Below are positions 13,601 through 31,400 of a stretch of 64,000 bases of DNA, piece by piece (position 1 is the stretch's first letter; the number at the start of each line of letters is the position of its first letter). The notes under the pieces are model-generated. The model did not search any database. It had not been told where the DNA came from and saw nothing but the letters and a program-made list of their open reading frames with translations. A program made the position numbers and the translations under genes. This DNA comes from Bugula neritina (Eukaryota; Animalia; Bryozoa). The DNA lies in NCBI GenBank assembly GCA_964035545.1, contig OZ037766.1, positions 27,821,673-27,885,672 on the forward strand. Reading direction: 5' to 3'.

Positions 13601-14200
13601 ATCTTATCGAGCCGAATTCTCCTAATTTTCCAGGAGTTACCCTTTCATGTGCTTTGTTATTTCTCTGCTAATGCTACTTTACAACCTGTTATTGTTATAC
13701 TATATTATTGGGATGCTGCAAGCATTTCCTGTTTGCTTTTATAACTGGCAATTTGAATGATGTTTCTAGCATTGCATGCAGCTAGTTTCACTTTTTTAAA
13801 AAGCCTCGATTTACTGTATAGCACAAGTATAGTAACTACTGCAGGTATAAGTTTTATAGTAATTAATATAATGCTTTGAATCACAGCGAGTACTGTAACT
13901 ATTTTAGATGCAAGTAATAGTGTTATCCAAGTAAAAGGTTTATGTTATTTGTTGAGGTCAAAGGTCTTGATTTTATTTTAATAGATTTTGTTTCCATGCC
14001 GACAGTGTAACTCAGTAACGTTACTCTTATACCTCCTATACTGCCATTTTGGTTGATTAACTACCACTATAGCTTCTTTAGATCTTTATTTTCCTGTTCT
14101 TTGCTATCTTCACTGGTGGAACCATAAATTTTTTTTCTCTTGTCCTACGTGGAAGTGTTTTTGTTGCTTTTCTTCTATAGCTCTATATCGCTATTCATAT
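10690..14200 (-). pseudogene. Decayed multi-exon gene with internally repeated K/E/Q-rich exons (product unknown)
   Basis: Purine-rich minus-strand blocks bounded by AG/GT. About 11953-12117 reads GNVYEDITMNQEVVKETTDLS*KDNSGKIMKD*LDNN..., homologous to about 13480-13545 NQEMVKETAKITLQDNFRKMK*. About 12834-12957 is an open phase-1/1 exon (KTQSVTHILKTQKEISRPSLVSKPAQCKAAENQTEIRLEK) with a frameshifted twin at about 13089-13201. Boundaries are approximate. Confidence 0.45.
12140..13340. repeat. Five degenerate copies of an intron-like module (AGTGTAATA...TTGACTA(A/G)AAAGT(G/A)A...ATAATATAA), spaced about 240-380 bp
   Basis: Copies start near 12143, 12522, 12751, 12999 and 13240. Confidence 0.7.
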
Positions 14201-16683
14201 TGTGTGTTTTTAACTACAGTTTTAAGTCGATGGCAACAACTTTTAACACATTTTATACTGCATGACTGATGTTTTATTTTTAAATATTTTGATTTATTTT
14301 TCTTGATTGGCATAATTTTCTTTATGATTTAATTTCATGTATTATAGCCTACTGGCTAGATATAGCTGAATTTTGTAATGATGAAATTAAATATCTTTTA
14401 AATTTCTAGCATCCAAATTCATGTGCTTTTAAAAACTGCATTGTAAATGTTTTATTAATTAAAATATATAAATGTGAGTACTATATTTTTTGTAGAAATC
14501 TTTAAATTAAAAAATATTGAAAGCTTATGATTTGAATTATTGTTGTGTTCATATGCTATCAAGAAAGGTTAAAACTGACATTCGAAATATGTAGTTGAAT
14601 GACAGACAAAAGTGGTTTAATAATTCAGTATACTATGCTATGGGACGTGAGCCTTGCATTTCTATACTTGAGCTCATAATTTCTACTCTAGCATTATTAC
14701 ATGGGTCTTACAATTTCTCTCAAACTTTGTTAGTTATTATGCAGTTACAAGAACTTACAAACCACATGAATATACAATATGCATTTATAATACATTATTG
14801 AAAAACCTGCAGTTGTCATAATGTTAATTTTCTAATCAGAGCTTGTGGGTTTGAGCCCCGCTGAAGCTGGGATCAGTTCTGGTATAAACCTTTATATTAT
14901 TTCAAAGCTAAGAAAATACAGAAAAATACAATCAGATAAATGTTATCATCTCACACCAGGACTCACTCTTGCTTTTTTGGAGCATACATGTGTGAAAAAT
15001 TAGCAAAATGACTTTCAGTGATTAACTGAGATAAAACCACCTATGATGTTAATTATAGTCCCTTTCAATGTGGTTTAACCGAGCCACTGCTTTGCCTTTT
15101 GAAATAAAAGTAATAAACTGCAATCAATCTACAATTAATCTGTATTGCATACATTTTCTAAAAAATAATTATCATCAAATAAAATGTTTAATTATTTTAG
15201 TTATGAAACAATGAATGTTAGATGAGTAATGGGTTGTAGGTGTACAGTGATGATATATGACAATATACAATAAGCCATTATAAAATCGCTATTACAATAA
15301 ATTATCTCACTTTTTTGTACATTTGAATAAAAAAGTTAACTTTATGGAACTTGAAAGCATTCAAAGCCAACTCAACACCCTAGAATTTACATAAGACTTA
15401 ACCTTTACAGAACTTAGAAGGAGCAGTAATTGTATTTTAAGGTAATTTAGATGTAGTGTATAATGATTTAATTTTCCTCATTAATATGTTGTCTTGGTGC
15501 CAACTAAAACAACTTTACATGAATGAAAATTAATAAAACAGTATTTTTGGCAAAAACTAATCTATTTGTGCATTTTAAATAGATAAAAATTGTAATTTGT
15601 TATTTAAATATTTCATATTGCACACCAGATTAATTTGTAATCAACATTGCTTATGAAAGAGCCATGCACACTAACCTACACCAAGCTTAGAGCAAGGCTA
15701 TCAGCTTAGTTCCAGTGCCAACTATACTACCTCATCATGATTTAAACTTGCAAAGAAATCAACAATATAAAACTGCAAAACATGACCAACTACACATTTT
15801 CATATCCTGCATACAGTAATGAACTAATATAGGTAGGTTTCTAATGTTACCGTTAGTTTGTGAGAACAATAAAGTCAAAGACATGTTTCAAGCACAATAC
15901 TAAATTATTAAAAGAGCAGAGCAAGAAGAGAAAAAAATCATTCAACAATGTGACGTAGCGATGATAATTATAACACCTACAATAATATTTTGTTCATTCA
16001 GTTTTATCATGGCTATGATAGAGCAATTAGTATCTTGTTGATCATAAAATAAGATTGCACATGCTCTATCAAAGCCTATTTTAAAACCAACTCCTTTAAG
16101 TGTCTGCATGCAAATTTAAGAATAGAGTAAAATGCTTAACAATTATAAAGAGTCAAAATGATTTATTCCATCAATTTTTTAGTACAAGAGAAAACGACTC
16201 TGCAATTTATAAATACATTGCAATTGCTAACCCTTTTATTAATTTATTCATTTATATAAATATGATTAGTTTATGTACAGGTATTATACTTTAGCACGAC
16301 TTTGCTAAAATTACAACGTTAATAAGTCTCACTGGATATTTACCAGATGTTATTAACAGCAAACAATTGAAAGAATACAATCACTGGACTGAAGCTAAGC
16401 AGTGCTTCAACAAATTAGATGATAATTTCTACAAAAAACATTCACAGTATTTGTTTAGCATATGAATTGCATCAAATTAACCCAAAAGATATTAATTTTT
16501 AATCTGAGCAATTTTTTCATTTGAAAGCCTGTGAGCAACTCAACTCCATGTGGTGGGTATACACTTTTAAAACTTAATAAGTTTTAAAATGTATTATTTT
16601 TATGGAGCAAAGGCATTATATTATTTTAAGTATATTATATGATAAACATATTAAATATGAAAAAACTCATGCATGCAAGTTTA

Positions 16684-16880
16684 TAGTCACTATCCCTGTG
16701 AGAAACCTCTGACGACAAGGATGTTTGTTAAATTGGGCTAAGGAGCTATTGATTTTGGACACAGGGGATATTATGACTGGTTGCTCTTCCTAACACCACC
16801 AATGGCCTTTACTGGGGATCGAACCCATGACTTCTTGTTTACTAAGCCAGTGCTCTAACCCTTTAACCACGGCTGTACCC
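16684..16880 (-). mobile_element. tRNA-derived SINE, family copy 2 (near full length)
   Basis: Minus strand: CAGCCGTGGTTAAAGGGTTAGAGC (A-box), GGTTCGATCCCC (B-box), AGGCCATTGGTGGTGTTAGGAAGAGCAACCAGTCATAA core and TCTCACAGGGATAGTGACTATAAA tail. Confidence 0.85.
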
Positions 16881-18304
16881 TCGCTAAACATTTATTATAT
16901 GATGAATATATTATAGAATAAACAAGCAATTGCAGCTTTTTCAGTTTACTTAATGTAATATTTGATATCTAGCTGGCACTCAATGCACTTGATGCTACCA
17001 TGAAACCATATATAATCACATTAGATACACTATTCTTTTATATGCACTTTGTGTTACTATAAAGTACAAGGGCAACTGAAGTGATGCAATATGTGGGCTG
17101 CAAAAGTGTTAACTCATAATTATACAACTTAGCTGTGTGAATCCAATTCCAAATGTAAAGCAGAATGGCATTGTGTAAGGTGCAGGTTTGCACAGGTCAA
17201 GGTGTGGGCTAGCAAGATACGGGATGTTGGCATGGCCATTGCAACTCACCTATTCAACACCCCAATTATTCTAAATAGCTCTCTTATGAATGTGTTGGCG
17301 ACAGCACGAACTGCTCTTAATGAGTAAAATATTCTCAAATGGGATGCTTCGTGCATGCATATAATTATATACCTTGGTCCACTTCAAGTTCAAATTAAGT
17401 TGTGACAGAATTGATGCGGGAACGCCTCAACTTAAATCAACTGTTTTTCTATTGTACCATCTGCATTATAATTACCATGAATATAATTAAAATATAATAA
17501 ATAATTCATTGAATAATTTTCTTTGTAAAAACTTGTGCATTTCTGCAATGTAGGCATGCATTTCATAGAATAGGTAAGGTATCATTATACTACTATGATA
17601 ATAATATATTTTTATGACGCTAGATTTAGTTGCCAATTGTGCAATCCAATACTTGAAGTGAGAATGAAAACATTTGTCCAATTATTAGGCTTACATTATG
17701 AATAACATAGAAGTTTCTGACACATTTATTACAAACCTATCTTCATTCTGCAGTACTAAGAATATTGAGAGATACAGTCATTTTTATGCAACACTTAAGG
17801 TGAGCACCATGAACTTTATGAATTCAGCATTTAGCGGTAGCAAGAGTCTGTCTAATAAGCATCTCGCAAAGAAAAAGACAGCTGTGCAGAGATGTGATGG
17901 TGTAGCAGCTGAAGTGATACAAAGTTCTATAACATAAAATGCGTTTTGAAAACCTAAAAGCAGTTAAAATGAATTTTAGTTTGTTTAGTCAGCTATAACT
18001 TTGCAGTCGCTATATCATGTTGACCTAGTAATGCTGTCAATTACTCTGAACAAAAGATTCCTTAATATCAGTATGGCTGATATTTGCTGTTACAGCGTAG
18101 GTACGGCAGGTGTGAATGAGGGGTTAAGCTAGTCCATAGTGTATGTAGTCATCATGTGTCTCCTAGTTATTATATGTTGCCTACATACAGGTACTACAAA
18201 TTATACCACTTATATACTGAAAACCTGTATAGTTGAACTGTGATTTATTGCATTGTACTTTACTGTTAGAAAGCAGCATTAGTCTAGACTAAGATTCTAG
18301 ACTC

Positions 18305-18488
18305 TAGTAGTTAAAGCACTGGCTTAGTATACACAAGGTCAGTGGTTCAATTCCCAGTAAAGGTAATTGGTGATGTTAAGAAGGGCATTCAGTTATAATG
18401 CTCATTTGTCACAGTTGAAACCAAATTCTTAGCCAACTTTATAAAAACAATTCCATCACAGATGATCATAGGGACAGCCACTATAATA
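18305..18488 (+). mobile_element. tRNA-derived SINE, family copy 3
   Basis: GCACTGGCTTAGTA...GGTTCAATTCCCAGTAAAGG..ATTGGTGATGTTAAGAAGGGCATTCAG...CATAGGGACAGCCACTATAA. Confidence 0.8.
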
Positions 18489-19292
18489 AACTATATTGTT
18501 TTTGAATATTATGCTATATAAAGCTTAAGATTTCGAAAAAATCGGCAATGAGCTGTAAAAAACTGAGAAATCAATGACTAGCCAATATGACCTGGATATG
18601 TTTTGCTAGAAATTTTTTTTTGCAAGTTTTGATATTTTGACACTTACAGAAGTAAAAAGTACCTACTATTCTGTTTAGCAGCTATATTGCTCTATTCAAA
18701 AACTGATTCGAATAACTGTTTGAGTTAACAAAACGTTGAAGTTTAGTGTTTGTATTCCAATGTATTTGACAACGTTGTGGTTCAGCATTGAAATATTTTT
18801 GGAAGCAGTATGACACCCATAGACTATTGGTAACTTAGGATCACATACAATGGATAATAAGCAGTTTGCAACTAGAATTATAACACTATTCTGTTACATG
18901 TTTTTCATGATAATTAATGCCTTGGGGATAGAAAATTTCAAATTTGATTGATGCGTTATTGCTAACTATATTATATTATCATAGACTCATATGCATAAAA
19001 AACTAGAATTTATTTTATGTTCAGATTTGGAAAAGTTTTGTTTTGAAAGACATAAATAGCTTGCCTTATACTCAATTGACTTTGAATGCCAAGTAAAAAG
19101 TGAAATTGCGTACAAAAATAATTGATCATCAATAAAATAGTAAAGCACTATGGCGTGTAAGCATTGTACACACTCTACTATAGTTATAGGTCTCTCTCTG
19201 CGTATTATGTAAAAATTAATTAGCAAATAATAAATATAACACATTAGAAAAATAAGTTATGGTGATCATGGAATATTTTAGATCATCCTAGT

Positions 19293-24243
<4,951 letters not shown>

Positions 24244-27200
24244 ACGATAGAACCAACTAACTTTTGCTGAATTGATAAGATTTGAAGTTACCAAATGTTA
24301 TATAACCATTGACTTGTGGCATTGGATGGTGTCAAAAGATGTGTTTTAATTTGCTAGCTGTAGAGATTTCTTTTAATGTGATTGGCTAGAGGTTGCAAAG
24401 CCTGGTCTCACTTGAGTTGATACAAGGTACTGCGTGTGGGAGCTTTGTTCTTGTGTGTCATCACTCAACCTTCAACACCTACTGAAATGGGGAAAATAAT
24501 GGCTGAAGACAACACTGCAATATCTTTGACAACTTTCTAAACCTGTGCACATTGCTCAGTTAATTCAGCTGTATTTTTACTAAAGAGGCTACAAGAGCAA
24601 AACGACGTTACTGGTTTGAATATGAACTTGCTTGCTTTACAATGAAAGTGATAAAATGCTAAAACAGACAATAAGCTGTTGATTTTGGGTGAAAGTCAAA
24701 CTGTTCAGAAAAATTTGCAATTTGTTTAGTCTGTTTAGTTTCATGTAATATATCTTCATTTGACTGCAACTGCTATTCAGCTTCAAATATACCAATACAA
24801 AATAATTCACATTGTTAGTAAAATTTCCATATCATTTTGATAATATGTTAGACAAAACAGAAACTATTTACACACTTCACATTTTGCAGAAAACATTTTA
24901 CAGCTTATTACCACAGCACTCAATATTGGTCTTAGACTATTAAACAATTAAAAAATAGTTCTGAGTATTTAAAAAACAAAGTTAAAATTAGTCTGAGTTA
25001 TAAGTAGAAAAACACCTTCATTGAAGCTAACACGGAATATTGCAACATTGCGTTACAATTAATAGCGGTTTTATGCTCTAAAGAGTATAAAGCACTCCTT
25101 CCTCAATCTTTCCACAGCTAACAAAATGAAACTCTAATAAGGCTTGTGCTTGTTTTTATCATCTTTAAAACTTGTAGGCGCTACTTAGGCTTTTAACTTC
25201 TAAAAAGCTAACTATAATATCATGATTCACATTGTTTCACATTTTAAAAACTCACTTTTATGGCTGATATAAAAACCAGTTTAATTAGCAGAATTATTTT
25301 CAAGCCTCAAATTGACTAAATTTCCTAAGGAATTTCTCACAGATTCAGTTTTCAACTGATGAAGGAATATATTCAAATGCTGTAGTTTGATAGTTGAGTT
25401 GAAGTGAAGAGTGAATTACCAAAAAGCAAAAATGATTTTAAACGGCATTGACCTTAATCTGATGGAGATAAAATATAATCTTGGAGTTCTGTGGGGTAAG
25501 ATACCACAGCAAATTGAATTAAAAATACTGCTAGTATCTTAATGTAGTTTCTATTAATTATAAAATGCAAAAAATAAAAAAGCTTGTTCTCAGTAATATA
25601 TTATCACCTGACCATGTTTTACCCCAATTGTACTGCAGTTGGTGGTTAGCTGTTTGTCTATGCGCTTCAATCTTAACATTATGTAATTAAAAATGGGTAA
25701 TTTGTAGTGCAGTTAACCACTAAAGCTGTGAAAATGTCTTTTTGTGTTTAAGCCAGACATCCTGAATCTATATAATATTCTACAATCGATATTAAGAATA
25801 AATGACCGCTGCAACTTTTTTTAAAAAAGAAGTAATCTTGTTGTTCGCTTTATATAATTAGAGCATCCTGTAAGATATGCATGTAATTACTGCAGCACTT
25901 ACAACGGTAGTCGAGAAGTTATAGAAGAATAAATTATATAAGAGTTTTATTGGCAATAAAGCATTGTACCCGAATATGCAAGTTCCGTAATTCAAAATAT
26001 AGTAGCGGGCAGGATGCTAAATTCAAGCATTTTAAATAAAGTTGCTTTGTAAATGTCAGTAAATTATTAGTTGGTGTTTTATATTTTTTAAAGTTTTTTA
26101 ACAAATTGCTAAGAAATGCTATTCAACAATCCTGACCTTCAGCTATTAGGTCACTCTTATTCTGACCAACATTTCACATATAGTTATAGGCATTCATGTA
26201 GGATGATATGACAGAATATATTACTTCTATTTATACGTGACTTTATGCCTAAATAATTGAATAATTTATTGAATGTTGCTTATAAGATTATTGAAAATCA
26301 AATGAATAAATATAAGGCCAACTTCAACATTTATGTCCTCAATCATTTAGAAATTTAATTTAATTTTGACTAGGAAGCTTTTCTAAAGCACCTTTATGAA
26401 TTTTTTTGCTGTGTGTTATGCTGCATCAGTGTTGTGTATATGGCATTGACCTAGATGCAAGAGAAGGATAATCGGGGAGGGGGGGGGGTAAGGTCTACCC
26501 TAACCTAATTTAACTGTGGAATAAAAAATATGACAGCCTTGCTGTTTAGGCTTCTCATACTAAGCAGTATGGTATAGCAGGGCTTAAGCTTCTTGATTCT
26601 ACCCCGAAATTATTACAAATGAGTTCTAATGATAAATTCGCTTGCTTAAAGAGATATAAATGATACTTCCTATTATAATGAATTTAAAGACCAGCAACAG
26701 TTTTTTTAAAGCAGTAATACAAAAAACTATAATGAAAATTGAGAAATATTTTATTAACATACTATATAAGCTTGCCGTAAATCAATGTTCAAGCTTTTGT
26801 GAGTAGCTATTTTTATAATTAATAGTAATATTGTTTTTGTTAGCAATTAGAGTTTATTTATAGAATATATCAACAGTTGAAAAAATTTCTGGGTTGCTTT
26901 AATGTTGGATGTGTCCAATGGAAAAAAGCAATACGATGCAAAGCTACTTTATATCTGTTGTACAAAATTGCAAGGCATTTCTCCTACTACAATAGAGCTT
27001 TTTATGTTTAAGGCAGATTTTCAAGTGGTTTGCATCAGGTTCTTTACAGCTTGAATGAATCAGTTGTGGTTTGGTTAGTCATTTTGTAAAATAACTGGGC
27101 TTAGCGCCAACAATTAAAATTCGACTGTCCATTACTGTCCATTCTTGACACTGACAAGTTTTAGATTTTGTGGAGAATTTGATTGACCATTTATTTTAAA

Positions 27201-28331
27201 AGTGTCAGTTTTTTATAAAAAAAATTCAACTGATTTCCGGATATCTCTAATTTATCAATTGATTCTATCCTATTTGATGTTTTATTGTTTTTCAACAAGG
27301 ACAAAGTAACTCATTTTCAGATACGACTCATTGAATCAGTTGCATTCAATTTGGACTACCTGTTATAAACATAAAATGCATATACCTATGTTCCATGTAA
27401 ATGTGGCTCTGAGTTTAAAGAACTCAAATTCTGCTCATATAGTTGAGCTGCAGTTTTTCAATAAGTGTTTGCAGCTTAGTTTGTAGTTCGTGAAAACTTT
27501 GAAATTGAAGGAAAAGTTTTGAGATCCTCTTTAAGAATTAGATTTTCATTTGAGAGGGAACACCAAATTATTCAGAAAAGCTTTTTCTGGAATAAGTTTT
27601 TTAGGGGCTAAATAATATTCACTTGAAAAAATTAAAATAAAAACAAAATCAAGTTGCATGGGCTAAATCCTCTTGCAAAAAGTGCAACCCTCGGTTGAAA
27701 TACAAATTGGTGCAACTATTTGTATGATTAAGTTACCAAATTAATGACGATGATCAAAATTTAGCAACAGCGCTATTAAGCTAATGTGTTTAGAATGCAA
27801 GTTCCTTCCTATGATGTTGATACAACCTGTATGCTATATAACATTGCTGTATTTTAAAAAGGAATCATAATTGACTTGAATGTTTCAAATGTTAGATTAG
27901 AGCTACTTCTCGCAGCTATATGAAAGAAATAAATAAATGAAAAACATGGTTTTAAAACTGCTAACAATAGGCCCAACCAATCTTAATCTGGTAATCACTA
28001 AATAATGATGAGTTGATATATTATACATTCAATTATCAGCTAATAATTATAACCCTTATAAAACAATACAGAATGATTTAGCCAGGTGCAGAGTGCAAAG
28101 TCTGCTAGGTTATTCACCTAGGCTAACCTTTCAGATTCTTAGTGATGAGGTCTGATGATGTAATTTAAAAACTTGAGGTGTGTAGACTAGTTTTACATTT
28201 TTGATGCATTATAGGTGGATGGATGTATGGGAATATTTTAGCAATTATTAAACTATGAGTTACACAAACCTAACAAAAGATCTTCCCCTAACTTAAACTC
28301 AAGCTTGAACTTTAGTTGAATGAAAAATGTT

Positions 28332-28335
<4 letters not shown>

Positions 28336-28413
<78 letters not shown>
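28336..28413. repeat. (TA)n microsatellite
   Basis: Directly visible. Confidence 0.98.
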
Positions 28414-28415
<2 letters not shown>

Positions 28416-31400
28416 GATAAAAAAGCATTTTGAGTTCAAATGTAGAAAATATCCGCGCCATAATTATGGACTGCTAGTCTACACAAATCAGAATATGTAT
28501 ATAAGTACATAGGATTTATAACACGGGTTGAACACAACAGAGTACATAGCATTAATTTATTAATACTATATGTCAAATGCAACTACATAGCAAAAGATTT
28601 TCATAGCTGTTATGTATTATATAGGGAACTTTTCTGTTTTCTTTTTGCATAGTAACTTACTAAATTAATATTTGGAATTTATTTCATGCTTTTAGGGTCA
28701 AAATAACTAAAAGTATGCAAGATTTCAGAAGCAGTTATTTTGTTCACTGCCACGCCAGACTTGCAAGCAATATGACATTGAATTATCTGTCAAGTTTTGA
28801 GTGTGTTTCTGGCGGGAATTTGAATTTTCCTAAGATAAAAAATACTTCCAATACAGCTTTTCAAACAATTCAGATTAAAGTTTGAAAACGGCTATATTTT
28901 GAAAAATACATGATAGAACAAATTTTACATTGGTAATAAACCAAAAACTTCCATCAAGGTTTAGTGCTTCATATCTAACTGCTAAGTTTTACTCAAGATT
29001 TTTGGAAGAAATAAATGATTTCAATTCAAGCTGAGATATTATACTTCAAGATGCTTATGAAGCAGCCAATGTGCATGTATTTGGTGAGTTTCATTTTGGT
29101 CTGAACAGGTGGTAAAGAATAGAACTATGATTTAAGGGCTGAGTGTTTAAACAGAACTATAATAGGAAGGCACAGTATTTTTGAGAAAGATGCATCTGCA
29201 TTTGGTAAACACTGATTTTAATAATAAAATACATCCATGAAAAACGCAGTAGTATAGTGGCTAGTATAACCATAGTGATAAAGCTAAACACACAAGTAGT
29301 TATCGCAAGTAGATTTGAATGGTTAAATCTGGCAGTGTAAACGTCTAAAATCTTTTAAACATTCCATTTATCTAGAAAAATAAAGTATAATTTAAAGCCG
29401 AACATTGAAAGTTGTTACTTAATGCCTATAGTTGAGAGTTAAGGCAAGACTCTGTAATGACAAACATATAAAACATAACTTACTTAATTAATTAATTTTG
29501 CTCAAGCTTTGTCATTGCAGAGTTGCACAAAATAGCGTTGTTGGGGAAGTAAATTACGATATAAAAATTTCGATGAAAACAGTCAAAGTGTTGTAGGGTT
29601 GCAGTAGCATGAATATCGCAAAGTTGGTAAATGGACTTTTTAATTTGCAAGCAATAATTACAGATAGCAAAACAGCTTTATCAACTATTATTTATATAAG
29701 CTTTAGGGTTTAACACCTGCTGCTTATTGTTAACTCTGGGCTAAAATAATTCTTTGGTGCAGTCACGTAGACAGATATACTTTGCATACAGAATTTTGCA
29801 AAAAAGTTATCTTCAGATTAATATAACTCAAAGTAAGGTAATCAATTAAAACTTAGATTTAGAAAAGTTTTTATCAGACAGTTTTCTAAATATAAAAGCC
29901 AGTTTTTTGCTTAAGAAGCGGCTAAACAATTTTTTTAGTCATTTAAATGTTATGTAACCACAATATGAGTTTACACCTGCATCAGGATACAAACTGATAC
30001 TGCATAACAATATTTTTCCTTCTCTGCAGCTAAATCCTTTTATCTATAAGATTAATTTTTATCAACTGGCAAGTTGCACTCCTTACTCAATCAATCTTTT
30101 CTTTGAGTGAAAGAATTTTAGTTAAAATTACATAACGTCTGTGGTTTCCCACTGAAGGGTTTTCAGAATTAATTTTGACATGTGTCTAGTTAGATCTTGG
30201 ACTGTCAGCTTAGTACTAGAGTTGATTGAATGACTCAATACATTATGCAGCTCTAAGATTAACCCCAGTAAGTAGAAAGGCCCATTTATGTATATTTTCC
30301 TATTCACATTTACGGCCAATGAATAAATTGAGTCTAAAGAGGGCTAAATGACTTTTAATTGCAAATGTTGGTGTTAAATCCGTGCATACTTCACACCAAA
30401 GCTCGCGGGTCATATTATATTATTAGGCCAGTAATTATGATAATTATTCAATAAATCATAAAAAGACCTTATATAACCGGAGTATACAGTGTGTTTATTA
30501 GTCAAATAGCTTTAATCTGTCTGTAAATAATCTAAACATGGAAAAACATGGATAAGTGATTCAATTAGGATTGAAACTAGACTCAATGTACCAGAGAGAT
30601 TTCTTTAAGTGCTATTACTGCGTAATTATACAGCATCTGTGGTGTATTACACTGAGTTGCCCTGAACCTGTTAGCTTACCCTAGGACATCAACACCGTGA
30701 CCTTTCAATTACTCACATTATTCTAAATATTGTGTGCATCTAGTTGCAACTCAGACTAATCTTGGGCTATCTAGAGTAGCCTTAGGTTCAAATATAAACA
30801 TAATTTGCAAACAGTTTAGTTGACCAAAGGCTAATCATAAGCTGTATGCAAGTTTTATAGATTCTTTGGACTCTGTAATTTTTAATACTCCAGACTACCT
30901 TGACAATTTTTGGTGTATTGGTGTACAAGGCTCTGTACACTTTGGAAAAGGGACAAATAATATATATAGCTAAAGCAGTGTAGCAAAGTCTATAGTTTTT
31001 TTGTAGAATTGCATACCATGATTGGTTGACAGCTATGAGCAATACTGCATGAGGCGCAAGCTCAAAATGTTATTTTGTTTTCTGATATATTCTTATTACT
31101 AAAGTCTGTATAAAATGGCAATTAGGAACTTCCTAAACAAATTATTAAAAGATGGCAAAAACTAGTAATCATTATTTTGATTTAAGATTACAGAATTAGA
31201 ACAAAAATCATAAGATATTAGGATGCTCAAGGTACTAGAAAATAAAGAGTAAAGATCAGATTAATTACAATGCCTAATTACACCAAATAAATGTTTTACA
31301 TTTTGAGGTTAATAAAAATTTAGTATATTCTAAAAATATCTTCACATGAATGAATGAATGAATTATATGGCAAAACATTGTTGATGTTTATGTTGGTATA

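Noticed and set aside
13955-13967. DR1-like AGGTCA-A-AGGTCT site
   Set aside because: A single imperfect site not tied to any identifiable promoter; could arise by chance.
25350-25385. CTGATGA followed by a small hairpin
   Set aside because: No GAAA, stem I or stem III; not a hammerhead.
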